From: Shigella phage vb_GEC_SH_GT
Reading direction: 5' to 3' (one strand)
Sequence record: OR887633
DNA length: 64,000 bases
Below are positions 61,717 through 64,000 of the stretch, piece by piece; position 1 is the stretch's first letter; every line of letters starts with the position of its first letter. Below the pieces are notes generated by a model that was not told the origin of the DNA, did not search any database, and was given only the letters and a program-made list of their open reading frames with translations. A program made the translations under genes and the position numbers.

Positions 61717-62917
61717 ATTTTGTAATAATGTCAAACTGTTCTTTAAAGCAGAAGCTTGAATCTTGGTGCTGATACAAAAATTCATAAGCTTTTTCACGTT
61801 CACGGTCATAAAGAGCTCGGTCAGATGACAGTTCTTTAATACGTTCAAATGTTGATTCCATGTCATTTTCATCAAACCAAACGATACCGCTATCATGAGA
61901 AATTAACGGAGTGTTATCAACACGGAATTTTAAATTTTCACCAGTAGATTTCCAAAATACTGGAATTGTTCCACATGCGCCAAGCTCGAGATGAGTATAT
62001 TCTAAAGAACGCTGCAGATATTTTTTGTCCAACTTGCTCAGCTGATAACCAAATCCGGATTTACTCATGCGTTCAAGCATTTCGCTATTTACATAACGGT
62101 CGAGAATTTGCGTTGGCAAATTAGGAGCAATTTTAATTTGGTCTACCTGATGAAGACGATAATACTCATATGGAATTCCTTTTTCTTTAATAGGAATGAA
62201 CGCTGGAGAACGTTCCAGACCTTCCATAATAGTACTTAGTCCTGCAGGTTTAAGATGTTTTTCGTGAAAATCAAACATCTGATAAAATCCTTTCCATGTA
62301 GTAGTACGACCAATCCAACGGTTGATATTCATGTTAATTTCAGAAACATCTTTCCAGTAGGTTGATCGAACCTTCGCAATATCCATAGGAGGCTGAAAGT
62401 TATATACGGTCGGTGCTTCTTCAATATCATCAAACAAAGAAACAGTTTCCGGATACCATTCTTTCATTAAAACTTTATTAAAATCACCATTATCAGAATG
62501 GCTAAAAATAACATCAGCCCGACGAACAGTTTCTTCTAATCCCAAATTTCGACGCAAAGAAAGAGAAGAATGGTCATGTTGATAAACTACAACACGAACC
62601 GAAGGTTTAATGTTATCAATAATTTTTTTATAGTTATTAATAGTGTCTTCTTCGACTGAAGTAGCAGGAACTGAATTGATAACTAGAATATCACAATCAT
62701 TTACCAGCTTAAGTGTTTTATCGTATTCTTTTGCCAATAAAACCGGAATTGAAAATGACTTATAATCATGCGCGCAATTACGGGTAAATGATTTATCTTT
62801 AGCATAAACCAAAGTTACTTCATGACCATTTTTAATAAACCAATCACGCTGCTCAAGAGAAAATTTAGTTACACCGCAACCTTCAAGACCTCGAGCCATA
62901 AAAATGCATACTTTCAT
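61715..62917 (-). CDS. a-gt: DNA alpha-glucosyltransferase
   Basis: 400-aa ORF; sequence and position. Confidence 0.8.
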   Translation of the reverse strand: MKVCIFMARGLEGCGVTKFSLEQRDWFIKNGHEVTLVYAKDKSFTRNCAHDYKSFSIPVLLAKEYDKTLKLVNDCDILVINSVPATSVEEDTINNYKKIIDNIKPSVRVVVYQHDHSSLSLRRNLGLEETVRRADVIFSHSDNGDFNKVLMKEWYPETVSLFDDIEEAPTVYNFQPPMDIAKVRSTYWKDVSEINMNINRWIGRTTTWKGFYQMFDFHEKHLKPAGLSTIMEGLERSPAFIPIKEKGIPYEYYRLHQVDQIKIAPNLPTQILDRYVNSEMLERMSKSGFGYQLSKLDKKYLQRSLEYTHLELGACGTIPVFWKSTGENLKFRVDNTPLISHDSGIVWFDENDMESTFERIKELSSDRALYDREREKAYEFLYQHQDSSFCFKEQFDIITK

Positions 62918-62967
62918 TTAATATCCTCATTGTTTTGGTTTATTTTACCAAAAATTTATAAAGCAAT

Positions 62968-62987
62968 ATAGGAGCCGAAGCTCCTAT
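62968..62987 (-). other. C(UUCG)G RNA hairpin in a-gt 5' region
   Basis: AUAGGAGC-UUCG-GCUCCUAU. Confidence 0.45.
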
Positions 62988-63160
62988 CCACATAATACAC
63001 CATACAGAGGCTCATTAGAGCTTCTAAATTTTATGCGCTTATATGTTATAGTTCCTTCTGCTTTAGCTTTATCATGAGACTCTTTAAAGCGTCTCATCAT
63101 TTCTACTTTAGAGGAACGAATTTTATTATAATCTATTTCAGAAGTCTGGGTGTTCATCTT

Positions 63161-63364
63161 TCACAGTTGCCACCATTTTTTGACTTGGTAAGAATCAACC
63201 CACACTTTCATATTAGGGTCTGCTCTTACAATAGGAGGATTAACTTCTTTAATTGAACTATCATGGTATTCTTTTTCAGAAATTTTCACACAAAGATGAC
63301 CGTTCAAAGATTCAGTAAATCCTGCATTAATTTTAAGACGCTTGAATTTTACGTGTGTAAGCAT
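63161..63364 (-). CDS. hypothetical protein
   Basis: ATG at 63364 (track start is TTG). Confidence 0.4.
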   Translation of the reverse strand: MLTHVKFKRLKINAGFTESLNGHLCVKISEKEYHDSSIKEVNPPIVRADPNMKVWVDSYQVKKWWQL

Positions 63365-63650
63365 CAATCATATCCTCAATCTGTGATCTAGTAGTCTTCC
63401 AAAGAATACTAATGAGTTCATCGTTATATGGCTGTTTTAGAATATCCCGACTTTTCTTGATAGCATATTCGTATTGAGCAAAATTATTGTTTTCAGCTGC
63501 AATCTGAGCGTGTTTATAAAGACGGTTCAGTTCGCGTTTGTTTTTAGACAATAACTTATTTGCTTTTCTTTCTGCTTCAAGACGGTTCTTTTCTTCAATA
63601 GAAGAAATAAGCTTTTCCACTTCATCATTAATTTCGGGTTTATCAGTCAT
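63333..63650 (-). CDS. hypothetical protein
   Basis: 105-aa ORF. Confidence 0.45.
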   Translation of the reverse strand: MTDKPEINDEVEKLISSIEEKNRLEAERKANKLLSKNKRELNRLYKHAQIAAENNNFAQYEYAIKKSRDILKQPYNDELISILWKTTRSQIEDMIDAYTRKIQAS

Positions 63651-63651
63651 A

Positions 63652-63870
63652 TTATTTCTCTAATATAAAATAAAAATCATCATCTGTTAAATGATACCGA
63701 TAGTTTAATTCTACACCATTAGATTTAAAAGCGGTATCATACGGATTTTCTGGATCAATATCAATGTCAAGAGCTAAAACTTCCCTGAGATACATTTTAA
63801 GTAAATAGGGAATAGCTTCAACTTCAGGTATTTCTTCCAAGAATCCGGAGAGGTTAATCGTTAGCCTCAT
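63652..63870 (-). CDS. hypothetical protein
   Basis: 72-aa ORF. Confidence 0.45.
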
Positions 63871-64000
63871 ATAAAAAATCCAAACTAGGAGAATCGTCTA
63901 CAACACTTTTCTTTTCAGCCCCCGGTGTTCTATAGGTTGATTCTTCGTAATGCGTCATTTTATCGTAGATGTCTTGAATAAAAGTTTCATCTACTAACGC
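63854..64000 (-). CDS. hypothetical protein, 5'-truncated by window edge
   Basis: open frame from the window edge to TAA at 63854-63856. Confidence 0.3.

Noticed and set aside
61675-61896. 73-aa track ORF overlapping the 3' end of a-gt
   Set aside because: Out-of-frame overlap with a-gt; a 46-aa ORF at 61535-61675 is the more plausible small gene.

Overview
This window is a 64-kb segment of a T-even (T4-like, Tequatrovirus-type) myophage genome. Reading left to right it runs frd, gene 32, a GIY-YIG endonuclease, 59, 33, dsbA and rnh on the minus strand, then the plus-strand late long-tail-fibre operon 34-35-36-37-38 and holin t, then a long minus-strand early/middle block: asiA, arn, motA, 52, stp, ndd, denB, rIIB, rIIA, 39, dexA, dda, modA, modB, soc, 56, dam, 61, sp, dmd, 41, 40, uvsX, a glycosyltransferase, 42, imm, 43, regA, 62, 44, 45, rpbA, 46, 47 and a-gt. 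Gene names are assigned from motifs, lengths and synteny as I recall them; no database search was possible. The early block is punctuated by at least 15 near-consensus early promoters (GTTTAC, 17-18 bp spacer, TAyTAT), C(UUCG)G hairpins and a few clear rho-independent terminators; late genes carry TATAAATA. The phage is not canonical T4: gene 39 is one unsplit ORF with no gene 60 or mobA, a 280-aa GT-A glycosyltransferase sits in the beta-gt slot, Soc is divergent, and there are HNH endonucleases beside soc and beside gene 46. I found no self-evident complete new defence system. The best leads for undescribed biology are the sp-dmd interval with independently promoted small ORFs, a plus-strand small membrane ORF with its own promoter between dam and 61, tandem peptide repeats in the gp37 receptor-binding tip, and the two HNH endonuclease insertions. 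No tRNA, rRNA, CRISPR array or intron was seen.
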